This document shows, one piece after another, positions 56,868 through 64,000 of a stretch of DNA of 64,000 bases (its first letter is position 1; each line of letters starts with the position of its first letter). Source of the DNA: Minisyncoccia bacterium (lineage in GTDB: Bacteria; Patescibacteriota; Minisyncoccia; Phycocordibacterales; UBA9973). The translations under genes were made by a program, and so were the position numbers. The DNA is taken from positions 409,319 to 473,318 of the forward strand of contig CBFHKH010000001.1 in NCBI GenBank assembly GCA_965656375.1. Reading direction: 5' to 3'. Below the pieces are notes generated by a model. The model was given only the letters and a program-made list of their open reading frames with translations. It was not told the DNA's origin and did not search any database.

Positions 56868-58988
56868 TTATAGTCCGAGGTCCTTCATCATCACAGCGTG
56901 TGTGATCGGACCGACGACACCGTCGATGCGAGTGATATTTTTCATCTTTTGATATGTTTTCACTGCATTAAATGTTCGCATACTGAACAGATCTGTTTCT
57001 TTGCCTGGTGCACCTGCCCCATCTGTTGCAAGTACTGCATCGTGCGCATTCAAAAATTGCTGCAATTTTCGTACATCTTCTTTTTTGTTTCCATATCTGA
57101 GCGTTGGATAAAAAGGATACTTAGATGGAATAACTGGTAGAGTTACAAGTGGAGTTGTAGCTGGAAGAGTATTTGTGACTACAGGTTTATAGTTAGGAAT
57201 CTTGTATCCTGATGAGTGATATGGTCGAGACACTGCCACAAATGGACCAATCGTAAGCGTATTTGATTGATTACCAGCGGCATCAGTCGAATAGAATGTG
57301 CAGGAATATGTCTGATTGAGAACAAGAGTAGTGAAAGTTACTTTACCCGACCCTTCATCGGCTATTGGTTGTGACGTTCCACCACATGTACTAATTGTAT
57401 ACGTACCAGATTCAGTCGTAGAAAAACTATAGAATGGGCTCGTATCGACATACACCGGTGCGGCAACTGGTGCGACTTGTGTAAGCACAGGAGCAGTAAG
57501 ATCAATCACAACAGATCCGGCAGCTGAATACGCTGAATCATTTTGAGCATTGTCTCTTGCCGCTACACAGAAATACCACGTACCAGCGGTAAAGATTCCA
57601 CCTGGTGGAGTATATGTTCCGCTTGGGCCCGTTGTGGTAGTGTAGTCATAACAATCTGGAGTCTGTGCCCATTTGAGTAGATACCGTTCAAGCCCAGAGC
57701 CAGAATCAGTTGATTCGCTCCATGTCCATGTAGGAGTAGTGTCATTTGTCGGTGATGGAGTCGAAGGTGTACCCGGAACTGTCGGCGGAGTAAAATCTCC
57801 AGTCGTAAAATTCCATGTTGTACCAAGCGAGATGCCAGCGTAGAAGTTATTTGACCCATCTTTGAATGCAGTTCCCGGGATAGTGACATAATATCCCGTC
57901 AAATCAACTAACGTTGTAGCCGGATTTATCGTGATAGTACTTGTACCGCTACCGGTAACTTTTAGGCCAGTTACATCTATTGTCTCTATAGTAGAATCGT
58001 CTGAGGTCTTCTTGATAAGGATGTCGCCGCTATTTACAGTTACTGCGGTACTAAACGTAAGTACAAGATTACTATTTGGATTTACATTCGTTGCATTATC
58101 AACTGGAGAAAAAGTACTCACTGTTGGATTTGTACCCGTTGTGATGGAGATGTTCTTTGCTATCACTGTCGGCAAATTTCCAGGCGTACCGAATTCAGCT
58201 ACATACCCTGCGAGATTACTACCAGAACATGGCAAGTCATTCCACTTACCAGTCGAGATATAAAATTGGGCACAGTCTTCATTGCCACTGCTATCATTCG
58301 GTTCACCACTCGCCCAGTTTGCATAATTACCTCCTACGGTACTACCGCCACCTGCTCCTGACCAGAATTGCGTTCCGCTTTCTGGACCAGTTACCCATCT
58401 CCAGTTACCTTCTATCGCGCTATCGCTTGCACCAAACCATCCATCACCAACGAGACGAGCCGCAACGAAATCATTTTCAGATTGTGAAGTGATCGTCGCA
58501 AGGTATCCATTTACCCCGTACGCTGTTTGACTCGGAGCCGCCGCTTGAGCTCCATTCCATGTGATGCTTCCACTAATAAATTTATAAAGGTGATTATTCT
58601 CAGAGAAAAATACTTCTCCTGAATTCACGAGAGATACTTCGAGTGTATCTGTACCGGTACTGCCTCGGGTATATGTAAGCGTCGCGAGTGCTGCGTTAAT
58701 ATTTGCGAGTGTTCCAGAGAAGTAGAGCGTCGATCCAGTTGGTGACCCGGTAAATGTAAGTCCTGTTGTTGTGGACATCGCAAGCGTGCCACTCGTAACA
58801 CGAAGTTTAACTGGTGTGGTAGATGGAGTTGTACCGGATATTTGTAGATCAGTAATAGGCATCGCCACACTCACAGTGCCAGAGAAGCTGTTGCTACCGG
58901 TAAGCGCAAGGTCATCCGCGTAGGCGAAATTCGTACTCGAAACAATAAAGAGTAAAATGAAAAAACTTACAAAAAAATAACGTCGCAT
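56868..58988 (-). CDS. Secreted C-type-lectin-domain protein with Ig-like domains and a C-terminal peptidoglycan-binding (PG_binding_1) domain
   Basis: Signal peptide. CTLD with EPN (GEPNDSSGNEDCA) and WND (GKWNDLPCSGS) motifs at about 58190-58600. C-terminal LQQFLN...DGVVGPIT PG-binding domain at about 56868-57090. Confidence 0.75.
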   Translation of the reverse strand: MRRYFFVSFFILLFIVSSTNFAYADDLALTGSNSFSGTVSVAMPITDLQISGTTPSTTPVKLRVTSGTLAMSTTTGLTFTGSPTGSTLYFSGTLANINAALATLTYTRGSTGTDTLEVSLVNSGEVFFSENNHLYKFISGSITWNGAQAAAPSQTAYGVNGYLATITSQSENDFVAARLVGDGWFGASDSAIEGNWRWVTGPESGTQFWSGAGGGSTVGGNYANWASGEPNDSSGNEDCAQFYISTGKWNDLPCSGSNLAGYVAEFGTPGNLPTVIAKNISITTGTNPTVSTFSPVDNATNVNPNSNLVLTFSTAVTVNSGDILIKKTSDDSTIETIDVTGLKVTGSGTSTITINPATTLVDLTGYYVTIPGTAFKDGSNNFYAGISLGTTWNFTTGDFTPPTVPGTPSTPSPTNDTTPTWTWSESTDSGSGLERYLLKWAQTPDCYDYTTTTGPSGTYTPPGGIFTAGTWYFCVAARDNAQNDSAYSAAGSVVIDLTAPVLTQVAPVAAPVYVDTSPFYSFSTTESGTYTISTCGGTSQPIADEGSGKVTFTTLVLNQTYSCTFYSTDAAGNQSNTLTIGPFVAVSRPYHSSGYKIPNYKPVVTNTLPATTPLVTLPVIPSKYPFYPTLRYGNKKEDVRKLQQFLNAHDAVLATDGAGAPGKETDLFSMRTFNAVKTYQKMKNITRIDGVVGPITHAVMMKDLGL

Positions 58989-59052
58989 ATAGAATAAGTA
59001 TATCAAAATGACAAGGTGCCAACAAGTATAAATCTACGTATATATACTCTAA

Positions 59053-59436
59053 TTACCTTTCGATTACCTTTGTGATAGTGAATATCCCTTTCATATTATA
59101 TTTCTCCCACTGATTGGAACTGAGTGCTTCCTTGATGACAACAAACCCCTCTGCAGTTATAGTTTCCCCACTCTTAAATTGCATCATCGCATCAGCTGAC
59201 GCACCAAAGTTTACGGCATAATAGGTATTCTCATCTGTCTGTAGCCCAAATGCACATTCGAGTGTCTGTGGTCCGCGTGTATCAAGATGCGGCAAGCATA
59301 CATATTTGCCAGTGAGAGTAACATTTTGTGGAGTTGGATCAAGGTCAGCAGGTGCTGTATTTTTATGTGGACGGACAATCAGATACCCGAGAGTAAAAGC
59401 GCAGATGATAATAATCAGAGATATAATAGTTTTCAT
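59053..59436 (-). CDS. Hypothetical exported protein
   Basis: Signal-anchor MKTIISLIIIICAFTLGYLIV. Confidence 0.45.
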   Translation of the reverse strand: MKTIISLIIIICAFTLGYLIVRPHKNTAPADLDPTPQNVTLTGKYVCLPHLDTRGPQTLECAFGLQTDENTYYAVNFGASADAMMQFKSGETITAEGFVVIKEALSSNQWEKYNMKGIFTITKVIER

Positions 59437-59615
59437 ATGTTGAGTAGTCATATAGAGAGTATACACTAAACTACTATTATTTAGTTTCCCCTACTGCTAG
59501 AAAAAGATCCAGTAGATGATAAGCGCAAGGATAAGTCCACCTCCGAGAAACCACGATATTACAGATGCTTTAAGAAAGTTCCACATATAATTATATAAGT
59601 TTATTTCTGTTAAAA

Positions 59616-60125
59616 TTATTCTTCTTCCTCGCTCTCTTCTTCGACTCGTTCAAGATTTTCCGTACAAGCTTCCGCAAGTTTTTCATCAGCTGCAACTTCT
59701 TCTTCGAGTGTCATTTCTAAAAGTTCTACTGCATCATCGAGTCCTAGATTCTGTGCTTCTTCTATAGCCCCCATATAACCAGCCATCTCGTAATGCTCTG
59801 CATATCGAGCAGCAGAAGCAAGCATACTATCTTTGAGAGCACTTGGTGCATCCAATTTCGCGACCCAGTCTCCATCTTTTATTATGCCTTTGATTCCTTC
59901 GCAAGTTACTTTCTTTGGTTTTTCCTCAAGAAGAGAAAATATTTTCTCTAATCTCATACTATGTTCTTTTGTTTCTTCTAAGTGGGAAAGAAACCCTTTT
60001 TTAAGAACAGGATCAGTAGATGCTTTTGCAAGTTTGGGAAGGGCTTTTTCGAGTTGTCTTTCTATATCATAGAGTGCTTGGATTTTTATAACGAATGCAC
60101 TTTCTGTGTCATTTATTTTTTTCAT
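59616..60125 (-). CDS. Ferritin-like DUF892 (YciE/YciF-family) stress protein
   Basis: ALYDIERQL...LSHLEETKEH..RLE pattern typical of YciF/YciE; acidic C-terminal tail. Confidence 0.65.
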   Translation of the reverse strand: MKKINDTESAFVIKIQALYDIERQLEKALPKLAKASTDPVLKKGFLSHLEETKEHSMRLEKIFSLLEEKPKKVTCEGIKGIIKDGDWVAKLDAPSALKDSMLASAARYAEHYEMAGYMGAIEEAQNLGLDDAVELLEMTLEEEVAADEKLAEACTENLERVEEESEEEE

Positions 60126-60211
60126 ATATATTTATAATTAAACTTATAATGTCGACATTAATTATTGTATTGATCTCCCCTTATGATGACGTCTTACAAA
60201 TGAAATACTTT

Positions 60212-60249
60212 CTCAAGCAAAAAGCCACCGAAGTGGCTTTTTGCTTGAG
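60212..60249. terminator. Terminator hairpin (17-bp perfect stem) downstream of small protein 1
   Basis: ctcaagcaaaaagccac-cgaa-gtggctttttgcttgag. Confidence 0.6.
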
Positions 60250-60251
60250 AA

Positions 60252-60407
60252 TTATTCTCCGTCATTCATATTAGTGCCCTTGTTTTCACTACCAGAATTA
60301 TTTTCATTCCCATTGTTGCCATTATTTTGATTCTGGTTCTTATTCTCGTTCTCATTTTCATTTCGAGAGTCTGCGTCATTTCGAGTCTGATTGTTATTGT
60401 TTGCCAT
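60252..60407 (-). CDS. Small Asn-rich hydrophilic protein 1 (51 aa; MANNNNQTRNDADSRNENENENKNQNQNNGNNG...)
   Basis: ATG at 60405-60407, stop at 60252. ECF-type promoter and conserved 5'UTR upstream, strong terminator downstream. Paralogue of 61165-61287. Confidence 0.45.
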   Translation of the reverse strand: MANNNNQTRNDADSRNENENENKNQNQNNGNNGNENNSGSENKGTNMNDGE

Positions 60408-60473
60408 AAAATGTATTGAATGGTTATGGTTAGAAATCTAACCTCCTTATAATATTCGACCCTCGCACTAGAG

Positions 60474-60502
60474 TAGACGTGCGAGGGTGTGAAAGTCTTT
60501 CC
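60474..60502 (-). promoter_or_regulatory. ECF-type promoter GGAAAG-N17-CGTCTACT
   Basis: Minus-strand GGAAAG (60497-60502) and CGTCTA (60474-60479). The 5'UTR shares GGGTCGA.TATTA.AAG(G/A)AGGT with copy 2. Confidence 0.5.
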
Positions 60503-60518
60503 TGTCTAAAATTTAAAT

Positions 60519-61031
60519 TTAATACTGATATCCGGATATTTTTCGAAGTGCGGTGAGCGCTTTACTGATACGTACTGATGCAGCATTTGCAGACACACCA
60601 AGTTTCTCTCCTATTTCTTTTGGAGATAGACCCATCATAAAGCGAAGGTTAAGTATTTCTTTATGCGTGTGAGTAAGTTCATTTACTTTCTGCCAGATAA
60701 GCCTCGATTCAGGCCCAAAGCTCAAATTGTCCATTGATTTTTCATCAATGACTTCATTCACAAATTCCCCCTCACTCATTTCTTCAAGAGATACGCTTTT
60801 TTTCTTGCGGTACCAATCAATGATAAGTCGACGGGTTATAGTGAATATATATGCTTTGCCATTCTTTATAGTCTTGCCAATTGAAAGGCTCTGCCACAGT
60901 CGCAAAAATGCTTCCTGACTGATGTCTTCTGCTTGCTCTTTATTGGATACACGTAACATACAGAATTTCATAATGAGTCCTGATGTTTCTTCGTATATCT
61001 TCTTAAATGTAATAACAATGTGTTTTCTCAT
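60519..61031 (-). CDS. ECF-family RNA polymerase sigma factor
   Basis: Regions 2 and 4; about 45% identical to 51511-52038 (IIDWYRKKKS, LSFGPE, GLSPKEIGEKLGVSANAASVR). Confidence 0.85.
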   Translation of the reverse strand: MRKHIVITFKKIYEETSGLIMKFCMLRVSNKEQAEDISQEAFLRLWQSLSIGKTIKNGKAYIFTITRRLIIDWYRKKKSVSLEEMSEGEFVNEVIDEKSMDNLSFGPESRLIWQKVNELTHTHKEILNLRFMMGLSPKEIGEKLGVSANAASVRISKALTALRKISGYQY

Positions 61032-61164
61032 AAGTAGAAATATCGCACTATTTCATTATATACCTACTTTATAATATTAGAAATATCGAAATTCTTTCTT
61101 TTATGTACACACAGCTACATACCCTAATACAAGGCCACGCTTGTGGCTTTGTATTAGAGTATGT

Positions 61165-61287
61165 TTATTTACCGCTTATATTTGAACCCCTTTCATTGCG
61201 ATTATTGTTTTTGTTCCTGTTATTTCCAGCTCTATTACGGTTAGCGCTTCTATTCTCAGAAGCATTTCGATTTTGATTGTTTGGCAT
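61165..61287 (-). CDS. Small Asn/Arg-rich hydrophilic protein 2 (40 aa; MPNNQNRNASENRSANRNRAGNNRNKNNNRNERGSNISGK)
   Basis: ATG at 61285-61287, with the same promoter/5'UTR architecture as protein 1. The ORF-track upstream extension was not used. Confidence 0.4.
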   Translation of the reverse strand: MPNNQNRNASENRSANRNRAGNNRNKNNNRNERGSNISGK

Positions 61288-61338
61288 ATTGTATATATTA
61301 ATTACTATTACCTTCTTAATACTCGACCCACATCTAAG

Positions 61339-61366
61339 TAGACGGGGTGGAAGTCGTATCCTTTCC
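61339..61366 (-). promoter_or_regulatory. ECF-type promoter GGAAAG-N16-CGTCTACT
   Basis: Minus-strand GGAAAG (61361-61366) and CGTCTA (61339-61344). Confidence 0.5.
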
Positions 61367-61390
61367 CTTTGAAAAAATATGTGTGATTTT

Positions 61391-62422
61391 CTATTCAAAT
61401 GCCCGCGAAGAGTCAGCTAGCGCTCGTTTTTTTGCGATGTACGAATCAAGACTATATATTCCAGCTCCCGTCACAACGAGCATCGACAGCGCTCCGAAAA
61501 GCGTCACATGCGAATAAACGGATTCCTTGAAATAGAAAAATGAGAGCGAAATGACAATAAAGGAAACGACAGAAACCAGCCGTACCTCGAAACCGAGAAT
61601 AAGTAATACTCCAAGAAGAAACTCAACGAGTCCTGCTCCGAGAACCCACAGAGCCGGAGATATGGGAATCGCTCGAGCAAGATTATATGTTTGAACAACG
61701 AGTTCGGAATCATGCGGATTAAGAAACTTTTCATACATCGCAAGAAAAATGAATGCACTACCCAAGCCAAGCCGCAAAACAAGCGGTGCATACCTCTGGT
61801 ATTTCGAAGTGTTGTTCTTGCCAATACCAAGCATATCATCAAGGCCAGGACGTTTTGATCCAAGCAAAAGGAGAGCAGTGGCAAGCGCCAGTATATCTAC
61901 ATTACCGATAAGGTACGATGAATGGATAAAACCGAAAAAGAAAAGTGCGATAGCTACAATGAGTGCGGGTGTAATCAAAAATCCAGCAAGCAAGAGGAAT
62001 CCGAGCACAATTTCAGTAAATGCTATAAGTGGTGTCGCCAAAAGTACCGGCGAGATAAATGCGTTTAGAGTACCTGCCCCGAGAAATAGAATGCCGAGAG
62101 AAAGCCGCGCCATCCACGGAAGCAATTCATAGTACGAAGCGAGTTTCTCTCGTACCTTCGAAAGGAATCGCTGTGAACGAGGACGGCTGCGGAAATACAA
62201 GATTGCCCCTACGACAACAAGAAGGACCAAGGATGCACTAACAACAGCCATCGGCGATTGTACTATTCCTGATAAAAGGAAGAGAGGATCACTTCCTTCA
62301 TGTGCGATAAATTCATCATGAGAGATAACATAGCCCACATGTGCGCGTGCGATGTACGGAAAGAGTGACATCGCAAGGCCAACGAGAAATACATTTGTAA
62401 AAAGCGAGTGGATTCTTTTCAT
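61391..62422 (-). CDS. DoxX-like integral membrane protein (duplicated 4-TM halves) with N-terminal signal peptide
   Basis: Signal peptide, then about 8 TM helices; weak DoxX-family pattern. Confidence 0.5.
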   Translation of the reverse strand: MKRIHSLFTNVFLVGLAMSLFPYIARAHVGYVISHDEFIAHEGSDPLFLLSGIVQSPMAVVSASLVLLVVVGAILYFRSRPRSQRFLSKVREKLASYYELLPWMARLSLGILFLGAGTLNAFISPVLLATPLIAFTEIVLGFLLLAGFLITPALIVAIALFFFGFIHSSYLIGNVDILALATALLLLGSKRPGLDDMLGIGKNNTSKYQRYAPLVLRLGLGSAFIFLAMYEKFLNPHDSELVVQTYNLARAIPISPALWVLGAGLVEFLLGVLLILGFEVRLVSVVSFIVISLSFFYFKESVYSHVTLFGALSMLVVTGAGIYSLDSYIAKKRALADSSRAFE

Positions 62423-62442
62423 AGATAGTATGATGTTTACAG

Positions 62443-62958
62443 TTATATAGATATCCCAAGTATTTTGAGAACTGTTCCAGCAATAGGGTCAGCAGTAACT
62501 CCGTATACCAGTACCCCACCGAGTAAGCCGGTAAGAGAAATAGCAACGATACCACAAAGGGCAAGAATAAGAGATACCACTCTCTTCGTAAGTAATCGTT
62601 CTAGAAAAAGAGTGAGTTTTGCTATCGATCCTGGAAGCAATTTCGGAATATACTTTTTATTTAGAAATGCGAGAATCTCTCCGGACAAAAGAAGTCCGTA
62701 CATCCATGTAGCGAGTGTCGCAAAAAAGGAATGTGCCTCGACGAGCGTATGAGTAGGACGAACGAGATGTTCGGCTGTCTCACCGGTTGAAAGAGCTACA
62801 AACGCTCCCATTACACCAAGTGCAAGGAAGGTGAACTCGATCTCTCTCCAAGCAATAGTCGGAAACCAGCGTTTGAGCGGTACGATTCGTAACACTGAAT
62901 ACACAAAAAGAAGCGCAATAGGAAAATGTACAAAAAGTGGATGAATGTTATATGTCAT
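62443..62958 (-). CDS. DUF2231-family membrane protein
   Basis: N-terminal HPLFVHFPIAL signature and 4 TM helices. Confidence 0.6.
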   Translation of the reverse strand: MTYNIHPLFVHFPIALLFVYSVLRIVPLKRWFPTIAWREIEFTFLALGVMGAFVALSTGETAEHLVRPTHTLVEAHSFFATLATWMYGLLLSGEILAFLNKKYIPKLLPGSIAKLTLFLERLLTKRVVSLILALCGIVAISLTGLLGGVLVYGVTADPIAGTVLKILGISI

Positions 62959-62970
62959 AAGCTTAGTATA

Positions 62971-63552
62971 TCACTTTTTCTTTCGCAAAATAAACACTGT
63001 CATAACGGTATTGGTACAGATCATGGCGATAGAGTGGAACATAGTTGCGATATTGTATGTTTCAAGAGAAAAAAGTGTCAGTATGTGTCGAGAAATATTC
63101 ATCTCGTAGAGAAGAGGTTTTTCAGTTTCCGGATGTGTCCATGTCTTTCTCAAGGTCGGAATAAACGCAATCATATCAATACAAACCACGATAATCACGG
63201 ATAGAGTAGGATCTTTGGTCAGTACCCAAGGGATGAGACCGACAAGTGCGGCAATAAGAAAATAGGTATCTATCCTTCGTGTACGCCCTGCTTCTTGGTG
63301 AAAGAGATATTTCAACGAAAATACAAAGATGATCAGCGTAAATCCCTCTGCAATACCTGTCGGCAGAGCTCCAATACCTGCGCCTTTTGTAAGACCGCCA
63401 AAGAACGTCGTCATCGAAACGATGGACCAAATGAACCACGTATAGGGATGCGGTTTTACCTTTCCGCGAAATGTATCTCTCAGATACGAAATGTTGCCGA
63501 CAATAGCAAGAATAGATGCGACAATAGCGATGACTGTTTTAAGATCAAACAT
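62971..63552 (-). CDS. Hypothetical 6-TM membrane protein
   Basis: ORF with multiple TM helices. Start chosen at MFDLKTV. Confidence 0.5.
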   Translation of the reverse strand: MFDLKTVIAIVASILAIVGNISYLRDTFRGKVKPHPYTWFIWSIVSMTTFFGGLTKGAGIGALPTGIAEGFTLIIFVFSLKYLFHQEAGRTRRIDTYFLIAALVGLIPWVLTKDPTLSVIIVVCIDMIAFIPTLRKTWTHPETEKPLLYEMNISRHILTLFSLETYNIATMFHSIAMICTNTVMTVFILRKKK

Positions 63553-63557
63553 GGAAA

Positions 63558-64000
63558 TTACTGCTCGCGCATGAGGTCCCCTCGATGCCACGGTGTACCA
63601 ATCATACGAAGCAACCAGTAATCAAGACCAATAAATCCAGCAACACGCCATGCAAGCATAAGTCCAAGAGCAAGTACAAAAAGGATAGGGTTAGTGCTCA
63701 CTGTCCCCGCCAGAAGATAATTGAGATTCATAAAGAGACCGAAGAATGCGGCAATACCAGCAAATAATCCAAGGATAAGAGCGACCCCAACAATTACTTC
63801 ACCATATGCAACCGCATGAGACCAGAGTGATGTATGCGGCAATACAGCATGCTCTAAAAACCATGCGTACCAGCCTTGTACATCAGGATGTGCTCCGCCA
63901 GTCTTTGCGAGTGCACCATTAAGGAAACCTGAGAGAGCAGCTCCTGCTTGTGGGCCAACCCATGCTTGATTGTGTATTTTATCCCATCCAGCTACCAACC
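63558..64000 (-). CDS. DoxX-family membrane protein (5' end beyond window)
   Basis: WYAWFLEHAVLP...VAYGEVIVGVALILGLF pattern of DoxX/DoxD-like proteins. The ORF is open to the window end. Confidence 0.55.
   Translation of the reverse strand, partial: LVAGWDKIHNQAWVGPQAGAALSGFLNGALAKTGGAHPDVQGWYAWFLEHAVLPHTSLWSHAVAYGEVIVGVALILGLFAGIAAFFGLFMNLNYLLAGTVSTNPILFVLALGLMLAWRVAGFIGLDYWLLRMIGTPWHRGDLMREQ

Noticed and set aside
1-64000. Search for CRISPR arrays, rRNA/tRNA genes, transposases and integrases
   Set aside because: No regularly spaced direct repeats, no tRNA-like cloverleaf candidates in intergenic regions, and no transposase or integrase motifs were seen. The only repeated DNA is the 90-bp element (2 copies) and the promoter motif family.

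Overview
This 64 kb window is a gene-dense, low-GC bacterial chromosomal segment. Most genes are on the minus strand and are short and tightly packed, often overlapping by 1-4 nt. From the overall gene content I infer a small-genome, CPR/Patescibacteria-like or other low-GC organism.

Housekeeping content:
- rpsF-ssb-rpsR operon.
- Four aminoacyl-tRNA synthetases: metG, glyQS, ileS, argS.
- A complete dTTP-synthesis supercluster: glyA, CYTH, Nudix, tmk, dut, argS on one strand, with thyA-folA-dcd diverging from it.
- tatD, recO, nfi, rarA, a MutY/Nth-like glycosylase, HtrA, S9 and M16 peptidases.
- A MacAB-like ABC exporter under an ECF sigma/anti-sigma pair, an ABC-F ATPase, and three Nudix paralogs.

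Accessory content:
- Several giant secreted repeat proteins: a 969-aa SPNGGE-repeat protein, a 1315-aa tail-fibre-like protein with a C-terminal Peptidase_S74 intramolecular-chaperone domain, FN3/PKD repeat proteins, and a C-type-lectin plus PG-binding protein.
- A 3' stress-like island (53.5-64 kb) with YflT-like, YghA/YhdF-like SDR, DUF892, DoxX and DUF2231 homologues and two paralogous ECF sigma factors.

Most notable observations:
1. A textbook T-box antiterminator/terminator leader upstream of ileS.
2. ileS carries an in-frame ~190-aa histidine-phosphatase (PGM/GpmB-like) domain replacing the usual zinc-knuckle segment, and has a permuted HIGH motif.
3. A conserved ECF-type promoter, G(G/T)(A/T)AAG-N16-17-CGTCTAC, occurs four times. 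Two copies drive paralogous tiny Asn-rich hydrophilic proteins flanking an ECF sigma gene; the other two sit in front of the FN3 and PKD surface proteins.
4. A ~90-bp intergenic element is duplicated about 14 kb apart.

No rRNA, tRNA, CRISPR array, transposase or clear prophage was seen.
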